DNA from: Okamejei kenojei
Lineage: Eukaryota
Assembly (NCBI GenBank): GCA_035221665.1
Contig: CM069131.1
Span: 92,070,001-92,134,000 of the forward strand
DNA length: 64,000 nt
Direction: 5' to 3'
Part shown: positions 12,937 to 25,536 of the stretch, piece by piece
How positions within the stretch are numbered: position 1 is the first letter of the stretch
How the letters are laid out: each line of letters opens with the position of its first letter
Notes under the pieces: model-generated
Database searches by the model: none
What the model saw: only the letters and a program-made list of their open reading frames with translations
What the model was told of the DNA's origin: nothing
Position numbers and translations under genes: made by a program

Positions 12937-14993
12937 AATCTGGCACCAGATCCAAGCAGCTAAGAAGGACAAGAGAGACCTACATGTGATCTTCCTCGAT
13001 CTGGCCAATGCATTTGGTTCAGTTCCCCATGAACTCCTTTGGGAATCTTTTGCCTTTTTCCATGTACCAGAGCTCATCACCACACTGGTCAAGAACAATT
13101 TCCAAGACCTGCAGCTGTGCTTCACAACAGCTGAATTCAGTACAACATGGCAGCGCTTGGAAGTAGGCATCATGGCAGGCTGCACAGTCTCACCCTTGGC
13201 CTTTACAATGGCCATGGAAGTCATCATCAGGGCCTCAGAATGGGTGGTGGGCGGTGAACGAACCAGTGCTGGGCTCCGTCTGCCACCCATCAGGGCATAC
13301 ATGGACGACATGACAACAATAACCACTACTGCAGCATGCACCAAGCGGCTACTTGGAAAGCTGCAGGAGAACATCAAGTGGGCCCGAATGAAAATCAAAC
13401 CAAGTAAGTCTCGAAGCATCTCCATAGTTAAGGGGGTGCTTAGAGACACAAGGTTCTGCATCGGTGACGACCTAATACCAACAGTGTCTGAGCAGCCAGT
13501 AAAAAGCCTGGGCAGATGGTACAACGCAAGTCTCAAGGACAAAGAGCAGATGCAACAACTAAGGCAAGAAATTGTCAACGGCCTGGAGAACATCAATCAG
13601 ACCCTACTGCCTGGGAAGCTGAAGCTCTGGTGCCTACAGTTTGGACTCCTTCCTCGGACAATGTGGCCACTGACCGTTTATGAAGCCCCAATAACAACTA
13701 CGGAGAAGATGGAGCGAACCATAACTTCATACGCGAAGAAATGGCTTGGTGTCCCACAATGTCTAACTAACATCGGCCTCTATGGCAAAGGGGTCCTGGA
13801 ACTACCTCTCACTAGTCTAACAGAGGAATACAAGTGTTCCAAAGTAAGACTCCAGATGACACTAAGGGAGTCTAGAGACAACACCATCAGTGCTGTTGCG
13901 CCGCCCCTAGTAACTGGCCGGAAGTGGACACCATCTGATGCAGTACAGCAAGCTTCATCAGCCCTGAGGCACAGAGACGTCGTGGGGCAAGTGCAGCAGG
14001 GAAGAGGAGGCTTTGGCCTTACGACAAGTAAACCAACTTGGCAAAAGGCCACAACATCAGAGCGGAGGACATTGGTGGTTGAGGAGGTGCGGCGACAGGA
14101 GGAGGCCGCAAGAAGTGCAAAGGCGGTCTCTCTTGCCAAACAGGGGCAATGGATGCAGTGGGAAGGTGTGGAGCGGAGGAAGATCAGCTGGAAAGAACTA
14201 TGGGAAATGGAATCAAGCAAGATCAGCTTCATCATCAGAGCGACATACGACATCCTTCCATCACCAAAGAACCTCAATCAGTGGTACGGCGAGGATCCAA
14301 CCTGTGCCCTCTGCCCAACTCCAGCGACCCTCAAACACATCATGGTAGGCTGCAAGACCAGCCTCACACAAGGGAGATACACGTGGAGGCATAATCAGGT
14401 ATTTAAAAAGCCTGGCAACAGCCCTTGAGAACAGGCGGTGTGCGACCAACTCCTTGCCTCCGAGAGCAAGCAACCCCTCCCACTTAAGGGCGACAACCTT
14501 TGTCCGAGAAGGACAGAAAACACCTAAACATCCTTCCACCAGATCAGAAGAAGGAAACCTATGCAGGGCCCGTGACTGGAGGATGCTGGCGGACATCGGC
14601 CGACAACTAATCTTTCCACCTGAAATTGCTTCAACCAACCTCAGGCCAGATTTGGTGTTCTGGTCCCTTTCACAGAAGACTGCTTACATCATAGAGCTCG
14701 CAGTTCCATGGGAGAACTCTGTTGTGGAGGCCTTTGAGCGTAAGAAGCTGCGCTACACAGAGCTTGCAGCAGAGGCAACGCAGCGTGGCTGGAACACCAA
14801 GGTTTATCCAGTTGAAGTGGGATGCAGAGGATTTGTTGCGTCATCTACCATCAGACTGCTGAAGGAGCTTGGAATCCATGGTCAGGCTCTGCGGAAGACC
14901 ATAAGATCACTCTCAGACGCGGCTGAAAGAAGCAGCCGTTGGATTTGGCTCAAGCGGGAAGACCCATGCTGGGCCCCAAATACGTCATGGTGA
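12937..14993 (+). pseudogene. Hero RT-RLE polyprotein, one frameshift
   Basis: ORFs 12932-14428 and 14454-14993 join into one frame (RHNQVLKSLATALENRR) if one T is removed from TTT at 14402-14404. Confidence 0.88.
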
Positions 14994-15011
14994 ATTTTTG
15001 AGGCAGTTTGA

Positions 15012-15132
15012 CACAGGACACGCGCTGAGGGCTGATCATCCTGCAGCGGGCCGCCCTTGTGGAGGGTGTATAGTGTTAAAAGGCCGAAACACGCAGTGAT
15101 GCAAGGGTACACTACTGATGATGTGTCCTGTG
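15012..15132 (+). ncRNA. Candidate non-circularly permuted hammerhead ribozyme in the Hero 3' UTR
   Basis: GTA 15068-70, CGAAAC 15085-90, CTGATGA 15115-21; stem I TAGTGT/ACACTA; stem III GGGTGT/ACACGC; extra helices CCCTTG/CAAGGG, GGCC/GGCC and CACAGGACAC/GTGTCCTGTG. Activity untested. Confidence 0.6.
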
Positions 15133-16374
15133 CCCAGCTGTCCTGAAGGTTACCCAGGCCAAGATATACGTATACGTACCCCCCCCCCCCCCCCCCCCGC
15201 CCCCCCCGATGTTGAGCGTCTACCACTCTCAGCAATCAATGAATGTCGTGAAATGCTCCCCACCTACTGGCACAAGGGACTTCTTAACATCTTGTCCTGT
15301 GTATTTGATTCTGCGATCAGGTGTGAATTCCGTATTAAATGTACCGCGCATGAAAGGCACGGAGAATTATGCCTACCTAAGAGATCGATCTCCTAGGTGG
15401 GCATCATTCTCCCGTGCCTTTACTATTTATATTTAATAATTATCATTTTATAATTTTAGTCAGGGTAGGCAGTGCCTACCTTGCCTACCCTGACGGCATG
15501 TGCCGTAACATGGGTGTACATGTAATTTAACATGGCAGGTCAAGATGCAAAAGCATTAATAAGGCATCTACAATTTTAGATTTTAATCAATGGAAGCATA
15601 GAGTATAAAAGCATGGAAGTCGAATTCAGGTCAGGCTTCAACTGCATTAGTGTACTCAATTCTGGTTGCCTCAGTGGAAGATAGTAACCAGAACTATTTA
15701 TGATAGTAAGGGTCCAGAACTATTTATGAGAATGGTTCCTGAGAGGAGGGACTAATGTAACAAGTTTATATTAAAAAAAAGGCCGGGATTGTTGTTTTAT
15801 TTTTATGCAGTGTTGTTGGAATCTGGAATGCATTGCCTGTAGATCTGGTGAAAATATTTTCATTTTCCAAAGGGAACTGGATAAATGTATAGTGAGCATA
15901 ACTTAACAAAGCTACAGTGGGGGAGGGTGGGGTGGATCTAGTGAGTTGTTCTGGTTAGATGATGGCACAGACTCAAAGGGCTAAATGGAAGAGACCATGT
16001 TGAAATCCATTCTACGATATCTGTCATGTCACTATTCAAGAAAGCAGAAAACTATTGACTTGGTAATTTTACATTTGTCATCAGAACAAAAAGCCAAAAT
16101 TCATTATAAAATAGGTAACAGCAGTACATTTAGAAAAATCATGAGGCAGTCATGCAGAATCAACATTGTTACCGTACATGAAAGGTAAATTATATTTGAC
16201 AAACATTCCTTTGCCATTTAAAATCAGAGTGGATAAAGGGGAACCAATAGATGTGGTGAATTTGGATTTCAAAAAGGCATTTGATGAGATGCTGCATATA
16301 TGTTATTGCCACCATTTAAGAGTGCATAAGGTTGTGAAGAATATAATGGTATGGTTAAGGGAGTGGCACTAATG

Positions 16375-18176
16375 TAACGATGTTACAAAACTTACCGCCT
16401 GCGGCGCTGCAGTTCTGCCACTGGCCGTGTGCGTGTCTTTGGCGCCTTTAGGGTGGGGGGGGGGGGGTTTGAGATTAAAATCCAGTTTTCTACTGCCTGT
16501 CGAAGGCGGATTTCCTCGGGCTACTAGCTGCTGAAGGAAAATCGATTGGACTTTCGTTTCCGTTTTTTTTTCAATCGCGAGACAATTTAATAATTAGATT
16601 AAAATAAAAAGCGACTTCTAATGCCCTCAACGTGAGTGATTGCAAGAATGGGACAAAACAAGGGGTAAGTCGTATATTTTACATATAATCTTGCTTCTTG
16701 GGATGGCTTCAATCTAATTTTACGTTGCGAAAATGTGATTTGGGCCGCAAACGAACCAGCAGTGTATTTCCTGCCGATATGGAGTTCAAATTCACCGCAA
16801 ATGCAACGTTCCAATCAATCGTGTTCCAGGAAAACCCACTCGCAAGATGATTTAAATGCTCTTATTTTTGGACAATCATGTCATAAGAGCATCTAAATCG
16901 TCTATATTTTGTGTTATTGTCTATCCATAGTCAATATTCAGTTTTAGTCCCATGTATTGTGCAAAAAAATAATAATTTTGATTATATTGAGTGGATGTTT
17001 CTAGATTAATTTATGGGAATTAAACATTACATTCCATCCATCTGGCATATAAATTCACGACAGTGAGATTTAAAAATCATGTTATATCGTGAATTCTTGT
17101 GTGAATGGGATTAGTTTGTTATTTGGATACTTAGAAACAACATAGAAACATAGAAATTAGGTGCAGGAGTAGGCCATTCAGCCCTTCGAGCCTGCACCGC
17201 CATTCAATATGATCATGGCTGATCATCCAACTCAGTATCCCGTACCTGCCTTCTCTCCATACCCTCTGATCCCCTTAGCCACAAGGGCCACATCCAACAG
17301 TGACTTAAATATAGCCAATGAACTGGCCTCAACTACCCTCTGTGGCAGAGAGTTCCAGAGACTCACCACTCTCTGTGTGAAAAAAGTCTTTCTCAGGATA
17401 CTTAGGCTATTTTAATAAAATATCCTTTTCTTAAGAAATGCAATCTACAGGACATTCTTAATGGAAAGTAGTGTGCAGAAAGGCATGTCATGTGTGGTTT
17501 GAAGAGCAAAAACTTGTGGTTTACAATGCCAAAATTGAAAAGTTGAGGAAAAACAAGGTGTACAGTTGCTTATTGGTTACAATCTGAGGAGTATGATGAT
17601 GCTACTGATTATGATATGCCAATGTACCAGCTAACAACTGATCTTCTCCATAAAGACTTGGTCTATTGCTAGAAATTGTAATTTATTTACCTATCTGTTA
17701 CGGACTTACGGCATAAAATACAATAATATTAAAGTTCTGATCTTGAGAATATCACATTTTTGAATTTTCAAGGCAGTCTGTGTGTTAATTACTCTTTCCG
17801 TCACAACGGTCAATTTTGTAATTAATTACAATTAGGTAATTAACTAATTACATGCTTTAATTTCAGGTCATCCAAGTAAGATGTTTTATATTTGTTTCAT
17901 AATGCTTCAGTCTATAATAACTGAAAATGTAATTCAGTTCTCTTAATTTTTAAGAAAGTTATGAGCTTTTGACTGTCCTCGATCACAGTGTTAAGTCAAT
18001 GGAAAAGCAATAGGGAACAAGATGCTCATTTCCGAGTATGAAATTGGCTATAACTTTTTTAATACTGAAGATATGAAAATGAATTAGGTGTCAAATTAAA
18101 CTGCGTTTTATACTTTATCTGATGGGATAAATTGCAGACTTGATTTTTAAAATCTCAAATTGTTGTAACATTGCTA
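16375..18176. mobile_element. Non-autonomous TIR DNA transposon with 7-bp TSD
   Basis: Ends TAACGATGTTACAA / TTGTAACATTGCTA; ACTAATG at 16368-16374 and 18177-18183; interrupts a decayed CR1. Confidence 0.7.
17135..17395 (-). mobile_element. CR1 3' end with 10-bp TSD
   Basis: GGATACTTAG at 17125-17134 and 17396-17405; (CATAGAAA) tail. Confidence 0.9.
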
Positions 18177-18535
18177 ACTAATGGGTTACTAATGGGAAAC
18201 ATAAAGTTATGAATATATGTTTAGATTGGCAATCACTAACTTGGAAATTCTGCAAGGTTCAGTGCTAGAACCTCAACTATACAAGATCTATTATGATAAC
18301 TTGAAAGAAAAAAAAACAAATGTACTGTGGCCAGATTGGCTGATGATCCACAGTAGGTGGGCTAACAAGTTGTGAGAAGCACACAAAGAGCCATAGAGAT
18401 GAATACTTAAGTGGAGTGAGACAAACAAATGTAGTGAAAGGAAAGGATATGTGGGGTGCTAAAACATGGAACACAAAATGTTAGCACCATGTGCCACAGC
18501 AGAAAGCTCCTCTTCAGTGGTGCTGCCTGATCCGT

Positions 18536-18823
18536 TTAAGAATAAGGGGTAGGCCATTTAGAACGGAGTTGAGGAAAAACTTTTTCACACAGAGGGTTGT
18601 GAATCTGTGGAATTCTCTGCCTCAGAAGACAGTGGAGGCCAATTCTCTGGATGCTTTCAAGAGAGAGTTAGATAGAGCTCTTAAAGATAGCGGAGTCAGG
18701 GGACATGGGGAGAAGGCAGGAACAGGGTACTGATTGTGGATGATCAGTCATGATCACAGTAAATGGCGGTGCTGGCTCGAAGGGCCGAATGGCCTACTCC
18801 TGCACATATTGTCTATTGTCTAT
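18536..18823 (+). mobile_element. CR1 3' end inserted in a Penelope-derived repeat
   Basis: FFTQRVVNLWNSLP peptide; (TATTGTC) tail; Penelope arm on both sides. Confidence 0.85.
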
Positions 18824-19324
18824 TGAATTACTCCAGCATTTTGTGTCGATCTTTGGAATGAATCAACATCTGCAGTTCCTTCCTATACAAACAAGTTAGC
18901 TTACGGGTGCAGCAAATAATTAGATTGGTTCATTGAAGACTGATGAAATGTTGGCTCTTATTAAAGGGGTGCAGAATATGAAAGTCAGGAGGCCTTGATG
19001 AACATGTTTACAGGGTGGTTAGTGAGAGCCCAGCTTCTTCATATTTAAGGAAGGATATACTTGCTTTTGGAGGCGGCACAGAAATGGTTGATTAAATTGA
19101 TGAAGAGGTTGATATAAGAAGAAAATTTGAGTAGTCCAAACCATACACTTCAGAGTATGGAGGAATGAGAGGTGAAAAATTTTGATTCAGAGGACAATTG
19201 AATGAGAGGTGAAAATTTTGATTCAGAGGACAATTGATGTTGAGAGGATATTTCCCCTAGAGTGGGAATCAAGACTGAGGGGCCATGATTTCAGAATAAA
19301 TTATTACCCATTTTAGGTGGTAAT

Positions 19325-19614
19325 ATAACCATATAACCATATAACAATTACAGCACGGAAACAGGCCCTCTCGGCCCTTCCAGTCCGTGCCGACCATTTG
19401 TTTTCCCCTAGTCCCATCTACCCGCACTCAGACCATACCCCTCCATTCCCTTCACGTCCATATACCTATCCACTTTACTCTTAAATGTTAAAATCGATCC
19501 TGCCTCCACCACTTCTGCTGGAAGCTGATTCCACACAGCCACCACCCTCTGAGTAAAGAAGTTCCCCCTCACGTTACCCCGAAACCTCTGTCCCTTAATT
19601 TTCATGTCATGCCT
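19325..19614 (-). mobile_element. CR1/HER1 3' end nested in an older CR1
   Basis: (ATATAACC) tail, GNFFTQRVVAVWN peptide; TAAT on both flanks. Confidence 0.85.
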
Positions 19615-20747
19615 AATGTGGAGAAATTTCTCCTCTCAGAGAGATGCTAATCTTTGGAATGCTCTCTCTCAGGGAGCCATGGAGGTAGTCATTGAATATA
19701 TTCATAGTGGAGATGAACAGACATTTGAACTACAAGGATGCCAAGAAGTATGGGGAGAGATTAGAAAACGGCATGGAGGCCAATATATGATATTATTGAA
19801 ACAGTCACAATCTTATTAAATGATGGAGGAGGCTCGAGTGCCTGCTTTGTTTAGATCAGCTTATATTTCTATTTGTTATAGTTCTATCTTCTAACATTTC
19901 ATATGGTTTCATTATGGTTATGATGAGAAGGCAGGAGAATGGTGTTAGGAGGGAGAGATAGATCAGCCATGATTGAATGGCAGAGTTGAGTTGATGGGCC
20001 TAATACTAAACCTATTCCTTATGACTTTTTTTCAATTAAACTGCACACACTCTTTGGATAATGAAGGATCAAAATCTATTAATTATTTACTGCATTTAAG
20101 AAAATGTGAGAAACACAGTGAAAATAGTTGCATTCTGAGATTATAAATATAGTCCAAGATTTGCACGTAGTTATTCCCCATTTGATCCATCATTTTATAA
20201 GTGTGAAATGATCTCTGTTATAAATTAGAAGCTTTCTGCATGATTGCATTAAATATCCATTAGTGATCATTCATGCACGCAACTGACAGGAAATGCAGGT
20301 AGTGACTACATCACAGTAGCCTCATTTGCTCAAAGATTTATAAAGGATTTATAGAAAGGACATTTAGGCTCTGCAAATATCTTATTGCATGTTAATTACT
20401 TACACTTTTATGCAGCAGAAATATATCTTACAATATAATTTTATCAAGGGCGTGTAATTTAGAATGTGAATAGATGTGCCTCTCAACAGAAATTGTCTTT
20501 TGTTGTTAATATGAATCATAATCATACAGCATTGGTACAGATTCTTGAGTCCACCAACTCGATGTTGATCAGCAGGCACCCATTTATACTAATCCTGCAA
20601 TAAGGCCATATTTATTCTCTGCCAACTGCTCAGATTCTACTGCTCACCTAGACACTGGGGCAATTTACAACAACTAACAAATGTACCCAGCCACAGGAGC
20701 ACTCAAAGAAAACCTATACAATCACAGGGAGAATGGGGAAACTCCAC

Positions 20748-21057
20748 AGGGGGTGCACGGTGGCGCAGTGGTTTAGTTCCTGCCTTATGGTGCCAGAGAT
20801 TCGGGTTTGATCCTAACTACGGGTGCTGTCTGTACGGAGTTTGTACGTTCTCCCTGTGACCGTGTGGGTTTTCTCCTGGTGCTCCGGTTTTCTCCCACAC
20901 TCCAAAGACGTACAAGTCTGTAGGGTAATTGGCTTCAGTAAATTGTAAATTGTCCCTAGTGCGTCGGGCAGTTCTTGTGTATGGGATGATCGATGATCTG
21001 TGTGGACTCGCTGGGCCGAAGAGCCTGTTTCCGTGCTGTATCTTTAAAGTCTAAAGA
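20748..21057 (+). mobile_element. V-SINE (HE1-like) nested in an older minus-strand V-SINE (about 20510-21120)
   Basis: Full tRNA head, V-domain and tail; the flanks are the two halves of an antisense SINE. Confidence 0.85.
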
Positions 21058-21269
21058 CTGACCCTGGATCACTGAAGTTGTGAGGTAGCAGCTCAACTAG
21101 CTATGCCACCGTGCCACCCAAAAATTCTATCGACTGAAGATCATATTACACTTGTTTATGATATTTATAAGCTTTGAAGTGAAGTCAACTGATGAATCAA
21201 ATATTAGCAATTAAACATTTACAAGAAAGCTGAAATAACAATAAATATTATCAATTATTAAAAAAAAAT

Positions 21270-21720
21270 AACATGCTGGAAACACTCAGAAGGACAGCTA
21301 GGATCTGTGGAAAGAGAAACAAAATTAATGTTTCAGGTTTGGGACCCTTCATTAGAACTGGGAAAGGGAGAAATCAAGTTAGTTTTTAGTAGAAGAATTG
21401 GGGGAAGGTTGATAGAAGGTTGGGTATATCTTTGATAGGATAAATCTAATTGCTTCCTCACTTGGTCTCAATTTACTCACTTGGTCACTTGGTTAACTTA
21501 CTTGGTTTCAAATGATCATAGATACAGTATGTCCTTTGTCCTGTTAGTCCCTCTCCTTCCAATTTTCCTACTGAGAACTAACATCGTTTTTTATTTTCCC
21601 ATTTCTAAACAAGGGTCCTGAACCTGAACTGTTGACTCTATTTGTCTTTTTCACGGATGTTGCCTGATCTCCTATTTCCAGCGATTTTTCTTTTTATTGC
21701 AGATAATCTGCAGTTCTTTT
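21270..21720. mobile_element. Long diverged inverted-arm Penelope-derived element
   Basis: Arms at about 21270-21410 and 21555-21690 are reverse complements, each carrying a decayed hammerhead-like core. Confidence 0.6.
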
Positions 21721-22437
21721 TTATTTTCGATATATATGTCACTGAATTTCCTCAGACTTTTTGGTATTCCTTAATTAGATATGTGATGTTTAAAAGAAAC
21801 AAGGAAGTATAAATTACTACAATAGCACGTTCAATAATTTAACATTGGTAATTAGCAATGAGCAACATTTCAGAGTAGAGCTTACATTTCAGGCACACAA
21901 AATGGTCTGGAACATACTCTGCCTATGTTATGCTGCAAGTTTCAAATAACATTTATTTAACAAGTCACAGGAAAAACTCACAAGAGCTTGCATAGTCTGG
22001 CAGTATAATAGAATATCATTATTTGATTTATTTTCCCATTAAAAATTCTACAACTTATTTAATGACAGAACTGATAGTCTTTTTAAAACCACAGAGAATT
22101 CTCCACCCGTGAGTGCCCAAAGTAAAATTGCTGAATTCAACTATATACAAAACCATTTGTTAATTACATTTGTGTACTGTTATCATTTCTATGTAAAGAA
22201 AATACATTCTGACAATATTTTATTTTAATAACACCTCTGTAAAAAGGTAATTCGTACAATTTGAGGAGGCTACTTAAAGCTGCAAAATTGGTGTTTTCTG
22301 GTAATGTCTCCTTGGCATCACCATCAGTTTTGTGTGCAGAGCTTTGTTAAGGGCAAGTCAATTGCAACATTAAAAAATAAAGCAATCATGAGTATTTTTG
22401 TGCATATCAACTGGAAGTTTAAATTGTCACTGATTAG

Positions 22438-22910
22438 AGGAGGCACAGTGGTGCATTAGTTAGTTCTGTTACCTCACAAATCCAGAGTCTGGTATCGATA
22501 TTGCCAGCATGAATGTATAGAGTTTGCTTGTTTTCATGTAACTGTGAGTTGTTGATGGATTCTCCAGTTTCATCCCACATCCCAACGAGGGCACAGTAGC
22601 ACAGCTGACAGTGCCCAGGCTTTAACTGTAACCTCCAGTGTTCTTAGTGTGGACTGTGCTTATTCACTTTCCGACCGTTTGATTTTCTCCTGAGTGCTCC
22701 GTTTTCCTCCCTCATCCCAAAAATGTGCAAGATGGCTGATCAATTGTCCACTGTAAATTGTAAATGTTTAGGCGAGTAGAATCTGAGACGGAATTGATGT
22801 GAAAGCGAGGAGAATAAAAGGTGTCAGATAAGATCAGTATAAATGTTTGCATGATGGCAGGCATGGACCAGTAGGACCAAGGGGATCTTGTTTCCACTCA
22901 ATATCTCTCT
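22438..22910 (+). mobile_element. Two tandem old V-SINEs
   Basis: Two successive tRNA-head/V-domain units. Confidence 0.6.
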
Positions 22911-24540
22911 ATGAGAATGATCACTATGCAGTTCCAATCACGCACAGTAAAACAATTTCCAAATATGCTTACTTTTTTTATTAATCCATAAACTATTTAT
23001 CACTAGAGCTTTACATTTCGAATGGCTGAACAAAGCCTTTCATAGACGGGCTTAATTACAATTTTTCAGCTTTCAAGACAGAAAAGAAAAGTATACTAGG
23101 TATACTAAATAAGCACGAATAGTTAGTCTGTGCAAATTATACTCTCAACTTTGCAGAGTACTACAGTGTCAAAGAAATACAAAAAGAAAACTTGGCCAGA
23201 GCTCCATGAAAATGTCTGAGAATCGATGAAGCATATTGATCACACAAAATATCAAAACAAAATCTATTTGGGCACCTTTAGGACATGGCAGGGGTTCAAC
23301 CTTTTCCCTTTTACTTAATATTTTGCTTTTGGCTTTGTGCGACAGAGGAGGCAAAACTGCTATTTCATGTGTGTTGGCATCTGTAGTGATGGTGGAGGTC
23401 AGATCTCCCTTCAGTTTTGTTCTCCCTAATGAAGGTACACTCCTTTTGTCTTTTCACTCCTTCCATCCATTTGAATTTCAATAACCCCCAGTGACAGATC
23501 AGTATTTGTCTATCTCATCCTGTCATGGGACATGATGTGATGCAAAGGAACATCATTCTTTATTCTTTTTAACATGTCAAGGTTTATCTTGCTTGGTGAC
23601 ACATATTGGTGAAGACTGCACCAGTGATGGACATAATTTATGAACGCTAGAAATGAGTCTTTGTTCAAATAGCAGGCATGACACACAATAATGCTTATCC
23701 TGGGTGTTCCTACATTCACTCTAATACATAGTTGAGACTATCCTGCAGCAAAAATAATTGGCATCCTTTACACCTCTAGATTCAGAGACAGTTTTGTCCC
23801 AGCTGTTAATCAAGCAACTGGACCATCCTACCTGGAATTTCAGAGGTTACATAATTGCTGAAAGATAGCAGGGATTTATTTCAGCAGATATTAAGAGTAG
23901 TACTGGGACAAGAGGGAACTTATGCCACTTTTAGATCAAATCTGGAAAAAGAAGTAAGAAGACCAATGATCAGTGATACTTCTTGAGGCATTATGAGAAT
24001 ATAAAGTAATTAAAATCAGGTGATAGACAATAGAAGTGGTTGATTAAAATAGTAAGATTAAATGAGAACTTACCAGTTTGAAGCTTGATCTTTATTTTAT
24101 GAAGAGTTACGATGAGGGATTACGTGAAGAACCACGTACAGCCGTTGGTGCGTCAATCTTCAAAGCAGTGGAGTGAAATCACAGGTAACAATGACTGAAA
24201 TATAATGGTAAGATAACAAAGACTAGAACTACCAGATGATATTTATGAGGGTTGGGAGCAGAGGGTAATCCCTCATCATAACTCCTCATAAAATAAATAT
24301 CAAACTTCAAACTGGTAAGTTCTCATTTAATCTTACTATTTTACTTCGGAGTCACGTGAGTGACTACGTGAAGACTTCAAAGCACTGTAATTTCATGCCG
24401 CAGGCCCAAATCCAGCATTCACACTGCATCGATAGACTCAACAAATCGTTAATAATCAATAATGCATCAATGACAACATTGTTAAATGAATAACATTTAT
24501 TTAACAATGTTTATTTACAAACGAAACAATAACAACCCCT

Positions 24541-25536
24541 CTAACTCGGGGAAACTATAACAGAACTCAAAACAGAGTCAGCAAACAACCCCAGTCTTGT
24601 AATCATCTTATGGTAAAACTTTTGGAAGGTCAGCTCACTGGACCATCCTGCAGCCGTGAGGATATTGTCTATAGGCATGTCCATCGCCCTTGCCGTGGAA
24701 GTTGATGCCGCCCAGGTGGAATGAGATTTTAATTTATCAGTATCAATCCCAGCACTTCCCAGAACCTGCTTTAGCCACCTTGAAATTGTTTGCACTGACA
24801 CCTTACTGTGTGTTTTTTTGTGGCTAATAAATAATGCAGACTCTGTTATTCATAGGGCTCTGGTGGCCTCAATGTAACAAGACATATGTGATACTACACA
24901 CAGGCGAGCATCTGTGGGGTATGCTGAAAACACAATCTTACATCCTGTCATGCCCATTGTACTATGTTTAAGCAAATCATGGACATGAAAAGTGATAGCA
25001 TCTGCCGATTCCCGCATTCTGTCTAGCCGTAGCTTTTGCAATGTTTGCACACGTCGGGCTGATACCAACGCCGTAAGCATGACCATCTTCATGGTTAGTT
25101 TGGCTAGAGATAGGCTTGCAACAGGAGCCCACTGGCGAAGAAGTATAAGAACTCCACTCACATTCCAAATACCGGCATATCTGGGTTTAGGAGGATTAGA
25201 ATTGAAAACTCCCTTCATAAATTGAGAAACTAATGGATGTGTCCCTACTGAATGTAACTCTGAATTCATGGGTAAATAAGAAGACAAAGCACTTCGGGCT
25301 GTATTGATCGCACTATAGCTTAATTTTTTATCAAAATAAAGAGTGGACAAGAACTCCAATACGTCTGGGATGCCTGCAGTCTGATATGAGATATTCTGCT
25401 GTAGACAGAATTCCTTCCACTTCCTTATCGAGGTGATGTACTGCTTCTGAGTACAATCCCTGCAGGCCGACATGAGAACATCCACGGTATGATCAGACAG
25501 TCCTCTCCCCAGGTATGGCCTCCTTAAAATCTGCAA
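24541..25536 (-). pseudogene. DIRS tyrosine recombinase (disrupted)
   Basis: SYSAINTARSALS, ARRVQTL, KSHSTWAAST (HSTR decayed), AAGWSSELTFQKFY; stop near 24850. Confidence 0.9.

Larger units (their letters stand above)
12937..15178 (+). mobile_element. Hero-type (restriction-like endonuclease) non-LTR retrotransposon, 5'-truncated
   Basis: RT motifs FLDLANAFGSVPH, GIMAGCTVSP, AYMDD; CCHC knuckle CALC..H..C; RHNQV; RPD..IIEL..PWE..KKLRY RLE domain; short (TATACG) tail. Confidence 0.9.
12655..15508. mobile_element. Putative non-autonomous DNA transposon (PIF/Harbinger-like ends) hosting the Hero insertion, within an old CR1
   Basis: ACCCTGACGGCAYRTGCCGT occurs near both ends; 13-bp inverted repeat GTCAGGGTAGGCA/TGCCTACCCTGAC near 15460-15494; both flanks are decayed CR1. 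No clean TSD found. Confidence 0.4.

Noticed and set aside
12898-14638. Long minus-strand ORFs over the Hero element
   Set aside because: Antisense shadows of the RT-RLE frame.
15179-15207. Poly-C and poly-G runs (also 36026-36049) as functional G-quadruplexes
   Set aside because: Homopolymers within repeats; length unreliable and no functional evidence.
19163-19237. ~36-bp tandem duplication
   Set aside because: Simple local duplication in a decayed CR1.
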